Shown: positions 19,181 to 27,953 of the stretch, piece after piece
Layout: each line of letters opens with the position of its first letter
Numbering within the stretch: position 1 is the first letter of the stretch
IMG/VR virus record: IMGVR_UViG_3300032226_000829
From: a virus
Taxonomy: Duplodnaviria; Caudoviricetes
Length of the DNA stretch: 64,000 bases
Reading direction: 5' to 3' (one strand)
Program-made: the position numbers and the translations under genes
Notes under the pieces: model-generated
Seen by the model: the letters and a program-made list of their open reading frames with translations, nothing else
Databases searched by the model: none
Told to the model about the DNA's origin: nothing

Positions 19181-19450
19181 ATGACCAAAGAACTCATACA
19201 GATGATCAATCAATATGGATTTCCCATCATTGCTGCATTTGGCATGGGCTACTTTATCTACTACACATGGTCATGGGTGACTAGAGAAGTCAAACCCGTG
19301 CTGAGTGACACCAGCAAAACCCTCATAGCATTGGTGGATCGCATACGCATGCTGGACAATGATCTGATCCGTTTGAACACCAAATTGAATGTGATCCTGG
19401 AGCATCAGGAAGAACTGCAGAAAAACCCCCCAAAACCACCACAGCAGTAA
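19181..19450 (+). CDS. Single-TM coiled-coil membrane protein (paralog)
   Basis: GFPIIAA TM, DRIRMLDNDLIR matches NRVKTMNADVIR of the neighbour. Confidence 0.7.
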   Translation: MTKELIQMINQYGFPIIAAFGMGYFIYYTWSWVTREVKPVLSDTSKTLIALVDRIRMLDNDLIRLNTKLNVILEHQEELQKNPPKPPQQ

Positions 19451-19507
19451 GCCCCACACTGCTAATAGTAGCATAGAACTTCACAGTCACACAGTTCTAA
19501 ATACTTG

Positions 19508-19744
19508 ATGAAAATCCTATTGGTGATCCTGATCTGTTTTCAAGGCGAATGCAAATACATAGTGACTCAAGAACCCACATTCTCACAGAGAGCAGAATGC
19601 GAACAGTTCAGTCGTCAGGTGCTGAGAACAGTGGATCTCAAAATACAGCACAGCAATAATCAGGTGATGTGTTTGAATGAGTTACAGTTGGCACAGCAGC
19701 AATTGCTGTGGTACTATGAAGGCATACCCCAAGCGGATCAATAA
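19508..19744 (+). CDS. Small secreted Cys-containing protein
   Basis: Signal-like N-terminus; CTAAATA upstream. Confidence 0.55.
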   Translation: MKILLVILICFQGECKYIVTQEPTFSQRAECEQFSRQVLRTVDLKIQHSNNQVMCLNELQLAQQQLLWYYEGIPQADQ

Positions 19745-19836
19745 TTCCAAAAAATACAATCAAAAAAAATTTAGTAGGGTAACTCTAAGATTCTGTGGGG
19801 AAGTTTTTGGCTCCCAATGGGTGTGAATGTGTGTGC

Positions 19837-20034
19837 TTAGATCACTGCAGGCTTGCGCTGAATGTGTCCCACCACTGTGCCCTGATGTTCACCCTGCTTG
19901 ATGGTATAACCTGAGGTACCGTTACCGTTGATCTCCACTTCTTTACGAGCTCTCACTATGGCGCGATCTGATTCGGCCTGTTTGAGTTCCTCTGTGTGCT
20001 TCTCCAGCATTCTCTTATTGATGTCTATGGTCAT
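19837..20034 (-). CDS. Hypothetical protein
   Basis: Start at MTIDINKRM; late-type CTAAATA upstream. Confidence 0.55.
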   Translation of the reverse strand: MTIDINKRMLEKHTEELKQAESDRAIVRARKEVEINGNGTSGYTIKQGEHQGTVVGHIQRKPAVI

Positions 20035-20239
20035 ATGAGTGTCCTTGTGCGTCATGCATTTATTACATGACTGCTATGTTTATTTAGCAGTTATTTGGTC
20101 AAATACAACAGCACTGGTATGCACACCATCAGTGTGCTGATGCTCCACACCACTGCCACTTGCAGTAGGGCAATCCAAGTGTTGGAGTGCAATGCCACAT
20201 GTAAAAAATAGGGTCTATGGGATGGTTTCTTCTTCTTGA

Positions 20240-20383
20240 TCATCGGCGGCCCTGTCCTTTGTATGCTTTGAATTGACGTTTTTTGTGCTTGTTCATGCTG
20301 CTGCGCTTGATGTTGCGACGATCACTCTGCGAAGTCTTTTTGGGCTTGGGAGTGGGTCTGCTGTCTTTGCTGTATATTGCCAT
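20240..20383 (-). CDS. Small basic peptide ending YKGQGRR
   Basis: 47 aa; K/R-rich with the (R/K)GQG end I recall from T4-like aquatic phages. Confidence 0.65.
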   Translation of the reverse strand: MAIYSKDSRPTPKPKKTSQSDRRNIKRSSMNKHKKRQFKAYKGQGRR

Positions 20384-20602
20384 AATAGCATACAATATAC
20401 TGTGCTTTGCCATCCTTGTCAATGGAGTATTTGAGGATGTTTTGCCAAAAATGGTTGTGCTCCAAAAAATCAAATTACAAAAAATTTAATAGAAGTACTT
20501 AACTTCTTGGGGTGGTGATTCCGCCACCTATAAGCACTGTAAAAAGCAGCTTTAGTTTTAAAGTTGTATAGCCGAAGCCCCTGATGAAATTTTTTTATTA
20601 TT

Positions 20603-21193
20603 CTACTTGGCCTGACGCTTCATGAATGTGTGAGCACCAATCACTTGAGTCTGCTGTTTGACATCTGCCCACTGAGGGTACACCAGATTGTGTGCATAGT
20701 AGTAGGTGGCACCACCTGTGTTGTCCTTCAGCTCTCCCTGCATCACCTGCCAAGCAATCCTCACTGAATCTCTCCATGCTGTACGGTTGGCTTCAATGTG
20801 TGTGCCGTCTCGCAACTGCACCCATATGATGTCCTTGAGGCCATCACAGTACCATGAGAACTGGCACTGGTTACGACGGGGTATGTACACACGATCTTGA
20901 GGAGCCACGCCCTCTACTCCTCGGGTCTTCCAGCTTTCGAAATGTCTGCCATCCTGTATCACTGCACAAGGTGTCTTGGGGAACCTGGGGTCTCGGATCC
21001 TGTTCTGCACCACATGAGCCACTGCCTGTTTGCCTGATTCACCCTCGGCTCTGCTTTCAAAATATATGTTCTGAGCCATGCAGAACAACTGAGCTGGATC
21101 CACAGGCTTGCGGCCCGTGTCTTGAGCCATGCTGATGTTGAGTGCAATCATTAGGGTGTAAGCTATTTGAGTCACAGAGTCCAACATGTTCAT
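20603..21193 (-). CDS. Cell wall hydrolase, SleB/Hydrolase_2 family
   Basis: CMAQNIYFESRAE, AVAHVVQNR, QFSWYCDG, GATYYYA. Confidence 0.9.
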   Translation of the reverse strand: MNMLDSVTQIAYTLMIALNISMAQDTGRKPVDPAQLFCMAQNIYFESRAEGESGKQAVAHVVQNRIRDPRFPKTPCAVIQDGRHFESWKTRGVEGVAPQDRVYIPRRNQCQFSWYCDGLKDIIWVQLRDGTHIEANRTAWRDSVRIAWQVMQGELKDNTGGATYYYAHNLVYPQWADVKQQTQVIGAHTFMKRQAK

Positions 21194-21216
21194 ATCCAGC
21201 TCCTTGTTTGGTTATA

Positions 21217-21606
21217 TTATCTAATAGAAGTTATATGAGACAAAGCACAATTTGAATTGGCTGCATAAGCTGTGAACATACCTGAAGTATATCCACCAAA
21301 TCCATTCTTTGCTCTGTAAGTCACAAATAATTGATGTTCTCCAGAATTGTTGATAGGACTTATTTTTGTTTGTATGTGTTCAAATGATTTAGGATCTCTC
21401 AATCGAGATTTGATTTCTCTATTCATATCGGCATTGGCGCCATCAACGTGGGACAAGCAATGAAATCCTGCCATTTGTTCTGCTTTTTTTTTAGCTTCAT
21501 ATTTGGCACTGCAGTCTTTGCAAATTAAGTTGGTATATATTACAATTCCAATAAAAAGAATGGTTACACTTACAAGTGAAAATACTAGTGATTTTTTAAA
21601 ACTCAT
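21217..21606 (-). CDS. Membrane-anchored hypothetical protein
   Basis: AAGGAG RBS; N-terminal TM; LRDPKSFEHI...YRAKNGFGGY motif. Confidence 0.65.
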   Translation of the reverse strand: MSFKKSLVFSLVSVTILFIGIVIYTNLICKDCSAKYEAKKKAEQMAGFHCLSHVDGANADMNREIKSRLRDPKSFEHIQTKISPINNSGEHQLFVTYRAKNGFGGYTSGMFTAYAANSNCALSHITSIR

Positions 21607-21637
21607 TGTGTGCTCCTTTGTTGTTTGTTTATAGTAT

Positions 21638-21675
21638 ATTATAGCATATTTTGGTACCAAAAGTCAATACCAAAA
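21638..21675 (-). promoter_or_regulatory. Early promoter cassette (TTGACT-18-TGcTATAAT) with TTTTGGTA boxes
   Basis: Palindrome TTTTGGTACCAAAA in the spacer, extra box upstream of -35. Confidence 0.75.
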
Positions 21676-21687
21676 TTGTTCACGTAT

Positions 21688-21906
21688 CTATTGGGTTTCC
21701 CCGCCAGCTTCTATGCTGCGGGTGATCTGCCGGATCCGATTCTCCAGCTCTTCGCGTGCAGCTGGCTCTGAATACTTGGCAAGGTTGTTCACAGTGTTGA
21801 TGGAGGAGATCACGTCCCGGGCTTGTATGGGCGTGCCCGATACCAATTGCACCGCAGCACAATTGCTCAGCATCACACTCAACATGATCAACACTGCGAT
21901 TCTCAT
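21688..21906 (-). CDS. Small lipoprotein
   Basis: Lipobox LSNC. Confidence 0.6.
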   Translation of the reverse strand: MRIAVLIMLSVMLSNCAAVQLVSGTPIQARDVISSINTVNNLAKYSEPAAREELENRIRQITRSIEAGGETQ

Positions 21907-22042
21907 TATCTGATCCTACGGTTTGCGATCTGATCCATGCATCTTCTCATGGCTCTCAGATCATGTTTCACATCTATCAATAGGAATCCCAGATAGAATG
22001 CCATTGCCCAGATCATCACTATCAAAACTATAACGGCTGCGG

Positions 22043-22354
22043 TCATTTGCCCCTCGCGATCTCTGCTTCCAGTTCAATCATCTGCTCCACCTCTGCGGGT
22101 ATCTCTGTTTGTGTTTTTGGTACAAAGTCATACACATACTCCACTCTGTTCCTGTTCACACCCTTGCCCAGTGCATACATCTTCACTTCTGTGTTTGAGT
22201 TCACCTTCTGTTGTAAATCCTTTCTAAACCATTCTGCCTGATCTGCATCGATCAGTTCGCAGTAGAGGCTGCCCCCCACTATGTCCTGCTGAGTGATGCC
22301 CGTTTGTTCCTTGGCATACTGCAGGATTTGTTCTGTTGTATTTAATTGTGCCAT
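22043..22354 (-). CDS. Hypothetical early protein
   Basis: AAGGAG RBS, cassette promoter upstream. Confidence 0.65.
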   Translation of the reverse strand: MAQLNTTEQILQYAKEQTGITQQDIVGGSLYCELIDADQAEWFRKDLQQKVNSNTEVKMYALGKGVNRNRVEYVYDFVPKTQTEIPAEVEQMIELEAEIARGK

Positions 22355-22379
22355 CTTGTGCTCCTTGTTAATTGTTTAT

Positions 22380-22419
22380 AGTATAACATATTTTGGTAGT
22401 CATTGTCAATACCAAAATA
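22380..22419 (-). promoter_or_regulatory. Early promoter cassette (TTGACA-18-TATACT)
   Basis: 10-bp inverted repeat TATTTTGGTA/TACCAAAATA flanks the -35. Confidence 0.75.
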
Positions 22420-22442
22420 CTCCGCCATCTGTGCGGGTCTTG

Positions 22443-22468
22443 GGGGCACCGTGATGAAGCAGTGCCCC
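22443..22468 (-). terminator. GC-rich hairpin upstream of a cassette promoter
   Basis: GGGGCAC...GTGCCCC stem after the stop at 22483. Confidence 0.5.
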
Positions 22469-22482
22469 GAGGTATCGCAACT

Positions 22483-22686
22483 TTAGGTTGTAGCAACCGG
22501 TTGCTTGCGATTCTTTAATCTTTCAATGTCCTGCATGCTGAGTCCTCTCAGCTGCATTTGATGGGCCAGCTGCTGTGCCAATGCTAAGTCCGCATGCTGC
22601 AGTGTGCCCAGAATCAAATCTGGTGTGGTTTTTGTGATGTGCTGCACCCACTGTTCCACTGGATGCAATGCTCTTGAGTTTGCCAT
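22483..22686 (-). CDS. Hypothetical early protein
   Basis: 67 aa ORF with RBS. Confidence 0.55.
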   Translation of the reverse strand: MANSRALHPVEQWVQHITKTTPDLILGTLQHADLALAQQLAHQMQLRGLSMQDIERLKNRKQPVATT

Positions 22687-22737
22687 GTGTGTTCCTTCTG
22701 TTAGTTGTTACAACTGTAGCATCTGATTGGGCGAGTG

Positions 22738-23043
22738 TCAACTCACCAGGTCTGTCAGTTTCACGCTCAGCTGATATTCGTCATACTGTCTGTGATATTC
22801 CTGTTCATCCAATTCTTCCAGATGTGAGTACTGCTCATGATTGTTCTGATCATCACCCCATCTCAATTGTATGGTACACTCTTTCTTGTCTGGATTCCAA
22901 TCCCACAGTGTGCCCTCACTCCAGCCTTCTCGTTTGAAGTAATAGTTGGCTCTGTGGCACTCTGCTCGGTATTCAGCCCAGGCAGTGAGATTCTCTTCGG
23001 TGAATTCTCTCTTCAATCTGCTCTCGTCCATCATTATGTACAT
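22738..23043 (-). CDS. Hypothetical early protein
   Basis: GGAGG RBS before ATG 23043. Confidence 0.6.
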   Translation of the reverse strand: MYIMMDESRLKREFTEENLTAWAEYRAECHRANYYFKREGWSEGTLWDWNPDKKECTIQLRWGDDQNNHEQYSHLEELDEQEYHRQYDEYQLSVKLTDLVS

Positions 23044-23047
23044 CTGT

Positions 23048-23239
23048 CTATGCCTCCAAGGTTCGGGACACAGTGGCATAACCCACTTCTATACCCGCTG
23101 ATGGTTTGCGTTTGTTCGGATACTCCACTGCCAGCTGTAGTGTGAAGCCGTCATCTTCACCCCGCCATGTGAACTGCCAATCTTCTCCGTACAGTTTCTT
23201 CAATAGTTGCACCAACAGTCTTTCTTCTCGCTTGGTCAT
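23048..23239 (-). CDS. Hypothetical early protein
   Basis: ATGA-coupled to the upstream gene. Confidence 0.55.
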   Translation of the reverse strand: MTKREERLLVQLLKKLYGEDWQFTWRGEDDGFTLQLAVEYPNKRKPSAGIEVGYATVSRTLEA

Positions 23240-23514
23240 GCAGTCTCCTTGGTTGATTGTATATCATAAGGTTGTTCACCATCTGCTATCATGCTGAGGT
23301 AGCCTGGTTCACTCTCCTGCCATTCTGCTGTCAACTCCTCTGCAGAATAATTGTCATAGCCCACAAACCCGTGCTGTCTCATGTCACTCAACCAGTTGTA
23401 GTCCTCTAGATGGATGTTTCTCATGATCAGATACACATCATACTGACACAGTCTTTCGATTACCTCAGCACGAGACAAAGCCACACCTTCACTGTCTGTT
23501 ATGAATGCGGTCAT
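23236..23514 (-). CDS. Hypothetical early protein (GFVGYDNY family)
   Basis: Shares GF(V/K)GY(D/G)NY..EL with 25534-25752. Confidence 0.65.
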   Translation of the reverse strand: MTAFITDSEGVALSRAEVIERLCQYDVYLIMRNIHLEDYNWLSDMRQHGFVGYDNYSAEELTAEWQESEPGYLSMIADGEQPYDIQSTKETA

Positions 23515-23515
23515 A

Positions 23516-23701
23516 CTAGAATGCATACCTTTCATATCGCTCCAGCAGTGCGTCTGCCAGCGGTTTACGATCCAATGCATAGCACAGTGCCATCATGTAG
23601 CCCAAGTCATAGGCCACATCTGTTTCTGTCAACTGATGGTGAGCATACCTCATGTCTCTGATCACCTGTGCCAAAGTTGTTCTCAATTTAGATTGATCCA
23701 T
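23516..23701 (-). CDS. Hypothetical early protein
   Basis: Abuts both neighbours. Confidence 0.55.
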   Translation of the reverse strand: MDQSKLRTTLAQVIRDMRYAHHQLTETDVAYDLGYMMALCYALDRKPLADALLERYERYAF

Positions 23702-23702
23702 A

Positions 23703-24041
23703 TTAGTCTGCTCTCGATTCTGCATGGGCGTTGATGCCATATGCGTTCAATACCTTTGCGAATGCTTCACAAGCCTCTTCCTTGATGCTCATGCTCTGAG
23801 TGCCACACAAGTCATGACCTCTCATCACATCATATGAACTGATGCTGTAGCCGGTTCTCCAGTGCTTGGATCCCAACTGATTGTCTTTTAAAAATTTAAC
23901 AAATGGGCCTCTGGCTGGTCTAATCACCACTGTGCCAAATCCACAGTACAAGGGTTCACCATGTGCGGCATGGAATGCATCCACTGCTTCACAAGCTGTG
24001 TCACAGGCTTCCTTGAATATAGTTTGCATTGTTTTCATCAT
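23703..24041 (-). CDS. Hypothetical early protein, paralog of 46205-46594
   Basis: HGEPLYCG...MRGH...TQS...SRAD shared with the paralog. Confidence 0.7.
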   Translation of the reverse strand: MMKTMQTIFKEACDTACEAVDAFHAAHGEPLYCGFGTVVIRPARGPFVKFLKDNQLGSKHWRTGYSISSYDVMRGHDLCGTQSMSIKEEACEAFAKVLNAYGINAHAESRAD

Positions 24042-24068
24042 CTACCTCTGTTTGTTATTGTTATATTA

Positions 24069-24137
24069 ATAATAACATCTGACTACCAAAAAATCAACAT
24101 CTAAATACCAAAATAGATGTTCTATTTCAACGAGTTA
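24069..24137 (-). promoter_or_regulatory. Early promoter cassette (TTGATT-17-TATTAT) plus upstream TAACTCGTTGAA motif
   Basis: TTTTGGTAG in the spacer; ACATCTA/TAGATGT inverted repeat. Confidence 0.7.
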
Positions 24138-24367
24138 ATGTGGGCCAAATATTCCTTCAGTTCCTGATCTCTCTGCTGCTGCTGCAGAATGTATTGTTCT
24201 GCTTCAATCACATCATCCTGATGAAACTCCAATCTGTTGTCGGGATATTCATATTCTGAATGCTCATCCTCAATGATCACATGACGGCCCACTATTTCAT
24301 CCACCACTCCCCAAATGTCCTGATCTCTCAGTCTCACTCTTGTGCCCACTGTTATATTGCTGCTCAT
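24122..24367 (-). CDS. Small SH3-like hypothetical protein
   Basis: VGTRVRL...WGVVDEI pattern. Confidence 0.55.
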   Translation of the reverse strand: MSSNITVGTRVRLRDQDIWGVVDEIVGRHVIIEDEHSEYEYPDNRLEFHQDDVIEAEQYILQQQQRDQELKEYLAHINSLK

Positions 24368-24906
24368 GCTGCTCTCCTTTGTTTGATTGATTGTAAATGT
24401 CTCTTTAGACTGTCAATGTGCTCCTGTATAGCCACTGCCTCCAATGGTTGAAATGCCACTGCTGCATCATAGTCCTTCTTGGCATCACTCCAAACTCTTG
24501 TGGCATAGAACCATTCACCCTGAGGCTTGCCCCATGCATCCTTCACACCTGTGTCCTTCAATAGGTAGATGTACTCCTCACCTGAACGGAATCCATTCTC
24601 TAGGTATTCCTGCTCTGATTTATATGTGTGGGCTTCTTGATCCTTCTCACCACGGTCTCTGCTGTAGTAGACATTTTGCACATCGTGCAGCTCATTGTTC
24701 CTGTCATCAAAATCAGTCTTGTCACCTATGATCTGATTCCATACCGAAGCATTTCCCAACTCAATGGCTGATTTAACTTTGACCATGTCAGTCCAATGGT
24801 CGCACAGTTTGTAACCCAATCCACCTGGATAACCATCCCAATGCTGATAGGCAGCTGTGATCTCACCAGTGCTGGATTTTATTCCTATTCTTGCTCTTGT
24901 TGCCAT
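24364..24906 (-). CDS. Conserved phage protein (MATRARIG...YQHWDGYP family)
   Basis: Recognisable N-terminal motif and EEYIYL. Confidence 0.75.
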   Translation of the reverse strand: MATRARIGIKSSTGEITAAYQHWDGYPGGLGYKLCDHWTDMVKVKSAIELGNASVWNQIIGDKTDFDDRNNELHDVQNVYYSRDRGEKDQEAHTYKSEQEYLENGFRSGEEYIYLLKDTGVKDAWGKPQGEWFYATRVWSDAKKDYDAAVAFQPLEAVAIQEHIDSLKRHLQSIKQRRAA

Positions 24907-24929
24907 GTGTGTCTCCTTTTGTTGCTATT

Positions 24930-24990
24930 ATTATACTGCCTTACTACCAAAAAGTCAATACCAAAATAAGTGTTCTGTTTCAATCACTTA
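24930..24990 (-). promoter_or_regulatory. Early promoter cassette (TTGACT-17-TATAAT) plus TAAGTGATTGAA
   Basis: Same TTTTGGTA boxes on both sides of the -35. Confidence 0.8.
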
Positions 24991-25221
24991 TTAGGCGTGT
25001 TCTTGCTCTTCACTTTTCACCAGTGTGATGATCTCTTCTTCCACACTCATGTCATCTTCCGCCAATTCGAAATCACAGTCCAAATCATCCTGGGACAGCT
25101 TCTCTTCTGCTTCTTCTTCATCTCGGGCAGTGACATAGGCCACTTCCGTGATTGAGCCTGTGCTGACTCTGACCACTCGGTATCTGTTGATTGCTCCTTC
25201 TGGTGCTGTATGCTCAGTCAT
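24991..25221 (-). CDS. Acidic hypothetical early protein
   Basis: AGGAG RBS before MTEHT. Confidence 0.6.
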   Translation of the reverse strand: MTEHTAPEGAINRYRVVRVSTGSITEVAYVTARDEEEAEEKLSQDDLDCDFELAEDDMSVEEEIITLVKSEEQEHA

Positions 25222-25240
25222 TGTGTTCTCCTGGTTATTG

Positions 25241-25537
25241 TTATTCAAAGTATTCATCAAACACTATCTCCACCTTGGCGATCCTGCCATCCCGATTATA
25301 ATGTGCTGTGACTGGATACACTCCATCCCCCCAACCTGTCTGCACAGTCATCGCTATGGGTATCTTGATTGTGTTCTTGGTCTTCTTGGTGCTGATCTGT
25401 CTATGTCTATCCTTGTCTGGATAGATGTCATAGATGTCATCACCCTCAATGCTGAAGTGATCGTTGATATAGCAGGGATCCGATATCAACAAGGATCCTG
25501 AATCCACACCCACTTGTCCTATGATTTTCTTTTTCAT
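25241..25537 (-). CDS. DUF4241-like protein
   Basis: VDSGSLLISDPCY and TGWGDGVYPV motifs. Confidence 0.65.
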   Translation of the reverse strand: MKKKIIGQVGVDSGSLLISDPCYINDHFSIEGDDIYDIYPDKDRHRQISTKKTKNTIKIPIAMTVQTGWGDGVYPVTAHYNRDGRIAKVEIVFDEYFE

Positions 25538-25752
25538 CCTAACATCCTTTCCATTTCTTTTCTTTCTGCTATGGCCTCATTCAACTCTCTGTCGGTGTAA
25601 TTGCCATAACCTTTGAAACCATCCTCTAATATGCTGTCTAATAACTCCAGCCCAGCACCGTCACCCTCATTGATGAACTCAAAGTCCTTCTGGCACAACC
25701 ATTGTATGGCCGCTTCTCTGTCTGCTTTTCTCTTAATTTTTTTAAGGTTCAT
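25534..25752 (-). CDS. Hypothetical early protein (GFKGYGNY family)
   Basis: Paralogous motif with 23236-23514. Confidence 0.65.
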   Translation of the reverse strand: MNLKKIKRKADREAAIQWLCQKDFEFINEGDGAGLELLDSILEDGFKGYGNYTDRELNEAIAERKEMERMLG

Positions 25753-26138
25753 ACATTCTCCTTGATTGATTTTAAACTGTAATGTACTTCTGCGGGACCA
25801 GTTTCATCTGACCATGGATCCAACACCACATCACCATCTTCGAAAGCGAAGCTGTTGTCGGGATTCCATACCACCTTGCCTAGGTATTCTGTGTTGCCTG
25901 TGTCTGAGGTATAGTTCGCATCCACTACCACAGTCTCCACACCTTTGTCTTCCAATGCAAGATCTGCTGTGATCCTGTCATAATTGATACCACCACCATC
26001 TCTGAATAGGTCGTCGGCCTCATCCTTATTGCGAGCCAACACATCCTGCTCCACCAACAAGGTGTAGTAGGTTCTTTTTCTGTAGGCGTTGAGCCCTAGG
26101 TTTTCTGCCCTAGGGTATAATTTTGTTTTTGTAGTCAT
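25749..26138 (-). CDS. Acidic hypothetical early protein
   Basis: Start reassigned to a TAATG-coupled ATG at 26138. Confidence 0.6.
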   Translation of the reverse strand: MTTKTKLYPRAENLGLNAYRKRTYYTLLVEQDVLARNKDEADDLFRDGGGINYDRITADLALEDKGVETVVVDANYTSDTGNTEYLGKVVWNPDNSFAFEDGDVVLDPWSDETGPAEVHYSLKSIKENV

Positions 26139-26437
26139 TAGGCTGTCACAGTCTGTGGAATCAGTCTCAACATTCCACCCGGTATGTTCCATCTTTGGTT
26201 ATTGTCACTGTGGACTAAAATGTATTTGATCTTGGCTTTGATCACAGAGCCAGTAATAACTCGACCACTTCTGCTGGAAGTGAATTCCACTCTGTCACCA
26301 GCTTTGAAGTTCTGAGTGCTCTTGAAATGCAATTGATCTCTTCTCATCTTCACAGCTTCAACGATTTTATTAATGTCTGAACTGTCCATAGTTAGGATTT
26401 GATTCAGTATGTCTACCAACGGAGTTTTCATCATCAC
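26138..26437 (-). CDS. Conserved phage SH3-like protein
   Basis: FKAGDRVEF...GSVIKAKIKYILV...WNIP. Confidence 0.65.
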   Translation of the reverse strand: MMMKTPLVDILNQILTMDSSDINKIVEAVKMRRDQLHFKSTQNFKAGDRVEFTSSRSGRVITGSVIKAKIKYILVHSDNNQRWNIPGGMLRLIPQTVTA

Positions 26438-26459
26438 CTCTTTGTTTGTTTATAATACT

Positions 26460-26530
26460 AGTATAACACCACCACTACCAAAAAGTCTACCAAAAAAGAA
26501 CCAAAATAGGTCTTCAAATTCAATCACTTA
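26460..26530 (-). promoter_or_regulatory. Early promoter cassette (TAGACT-18-TATACT) plus TAAGTGATTGAA
   Basis: Three TTTTGG boxes. Confidence 0.75.
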
Positions 26531-26531
26531 G

Positions 26532-26915
26532 TTAGGCCACAGCCTTGGGTTGTGTGCTCATCAGCTGTTGCAACCTGTCCCATTGATCTCGGGCTTCCTG
26601 CACAGTTTCAGCAATCAAGCCATGATCATCCTGAGTCATGCTGAGTTCCAGCTCTTCCCAAGAGTCAAACAACATGCCACCTAGGTTGTTGTCAGCCAAC
26701 TGTACTCCATCCAGAAACACCTTGGCTCTCACCACCACATAGGGCATGTCACTTCGCTCCACCTTGCGAGCTGTTTCTTTATACCACTCTGCGGATTCTT
26801 CTGGGAATAGACTCTCCAGAGGCTCTTCCTCATAGGTGTAGTCCACCTTCACTTCAAATGGTGCATGTTCAGTCTTGAATTCTATCAGATCGTGCCAGTA
26901 TGTGGATAGGCTCAT
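26532..26915 (-). CDS. Hypothetical early protein
   Basis: 127 aa, TAATG-coupled. Confidence 0.65.
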   Translation of the reverse strand: MSLSTYWHDLIEFKTEHAPFEVKVDYTYEEEPLESLFPEESAEWYKETARKVERSDMPYVVVRAKVFLDGVQLADNNLGGMLFDSWEELELSMTQDDHGLIAETVQEARDQWDRLQQLMSTQPKAVA

Positions 26916-27145
26916 TATTCCATGCCTTTCATCTGTGCCATCATGTGTCTCATCATTGACATGGCCTTATCAATCTCCTTTTGTATTTCTTTATCAGTGT
27001 GTTGAGTCTTGGGCACACACACAGCCTTCACTGCCTGCTCCTTGAGCAATAGGGCCTGTTTCATGCACAGGTCTCTGTCTTGGAACTGTGCCAGATCAGT
27101 CATGCCTGTCTGAGTCACCAGCGCCAATGTATAAATCAAGTTCAT
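26915..27145 (-). CDS. Hypothetical early protein
   Basis: AAGGAG RBS, cassette promoter upstream. Confidence 0.6.
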   Translation of the reverse strand: MNLIYTLALVTQTGMTDLAQFQDRDLCMKQALLLKEQAVKAVCVPKTQHTDKEIQKEIDKAMSMMRHMMAQMKGME

Positions 27146-27167
27146 ATCATCTCCTTTGTTATTATTA

Positions 27168-27237
27168 ATACTAACACCTCACTACCAAAAAGTCTACCAT
27201 TTTTGGACCAAAATAGGTCAATGATTTCAGTGACTTA
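27168..27237 (-). promoter_or_regulatory. Early promoter cassette (TAGACT-17-TAGTAT) plus TAAGTCACTGAA
   Basis: CCAAAAA/TTTTTGG inverted repeat encloses the -35. Confidence 0.7.
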
Positions 27238-27501
27238 TCGGTGGTACACACTCACCCTCTGAGCATTTGCCCTGTGACACTCTCTGCAAAAACCCCTGCT
27301 TCGGGGTCCACGATATCTGCGTCTGATGGGTATGATCTCACTCAACTCCCGGATCCTCTGTAGGTTCTCCTCTGTGATGGGCACCTGTTTCACTATGGCC
27401 TTCTCACCCATGTGAGCCTTGTACTGTTGAATCCACTGTTGCAACTGGGTGGGCAAACAAAATTTTACCAACGGATCCCAGCCTGTTTGAATGGTGTTCA
27501 T
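27235..27501 (-). CDS. Hypothetical early protein
   Basis: RRRYRGPR...A.RVSVY C-terminus. Confidence 0.6.
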   Translation of the reverse strand: MNTIQTGWDPLVKFCLPTQLQQWIQQYKAHMGEKAIVKQVPITEENLQRIRELSEIIPIRRRYRGPRSRGFCRECHRANAQRVSVYHR

Positions 27502-27686
27502 GCCACTCCTTGGTTATAGTTGTTCCACATCTCCTGGGCCAGTTCGCTGGCTTTTTCTGCAAATTCATCCTCATGACTCAGCACAAACTCCTCCCAGATC
27601 TCGTCCTGGATCTTGGGGTCTATGTGACTCTTGTCGATGTACTGCCACAAGCTGTTTTTGGGTACCTGTATCTTCTTCATCATCAC
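27498..27686 (-). CDS. Acidic hypothetical early protein
   Basis: GGAGG RBS. Confidence 0.6.
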   Translation of the reverse strand: MMMKKIQVPKNSLWQYIDKSHIDPKIQDEIWEEFVLSHEDEFAEKASELAQEMWNNYNQGVA

Positions 27687-27696
27687 CTCCTATGGT

Positions 27697-27876
27697 TTAT
27701 ATTTCCACCTGTTCCATCAACACCACCTCGGCGCTGATGGCCGTCACACCCAGGGCCTTATGATCCTGGTCGAACTCATACTTGGCTGCCTCCAATGCTC
27801 TCCCTTGATGGGAGTCCTGGATGTAATAACTGTTCTCCAGGGCCGCTGATCGGAGTCTAAAGTGCCATTGTGTCAT
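27697..27876 (-). CDS. Hypothetical protein (59 aa), leaderless
   Basis: MTQWHFRLRS...; ATG 5 nt after TATAAT; below track threshold. Confidence 0.55.
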   Translation of the reverse strand: MTQWHFRLRSAALENSYYIQDSHQGRALEAAKYEFDQDHKALGVTAISAEVVLMEQVEI

Positions 27877-27881
27877 AATTC

Positions 27882-27952
27882 ATTATAGCACACCCACTAC
27901 CAAAAAGTCAACCAAAATTGAACCAAAATCAGTGAGCATTTTCAATGGGTTA
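27882..27952 (-). promoter_or_regulatory. Early promoter cassette (TTGACT-18-TGcTATAAT) plus TAACCCATTGAA
   Basis: Three TTTTGG boxes. Confidence 0.75.
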
Positions 27953-27953
27953 A

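Noticed and set aside
20581-20600. CTGATGA as a hammerhead ribozyme core
   Set aside because: No stem II followed by GAAA and no matching stems I/III found by eye.
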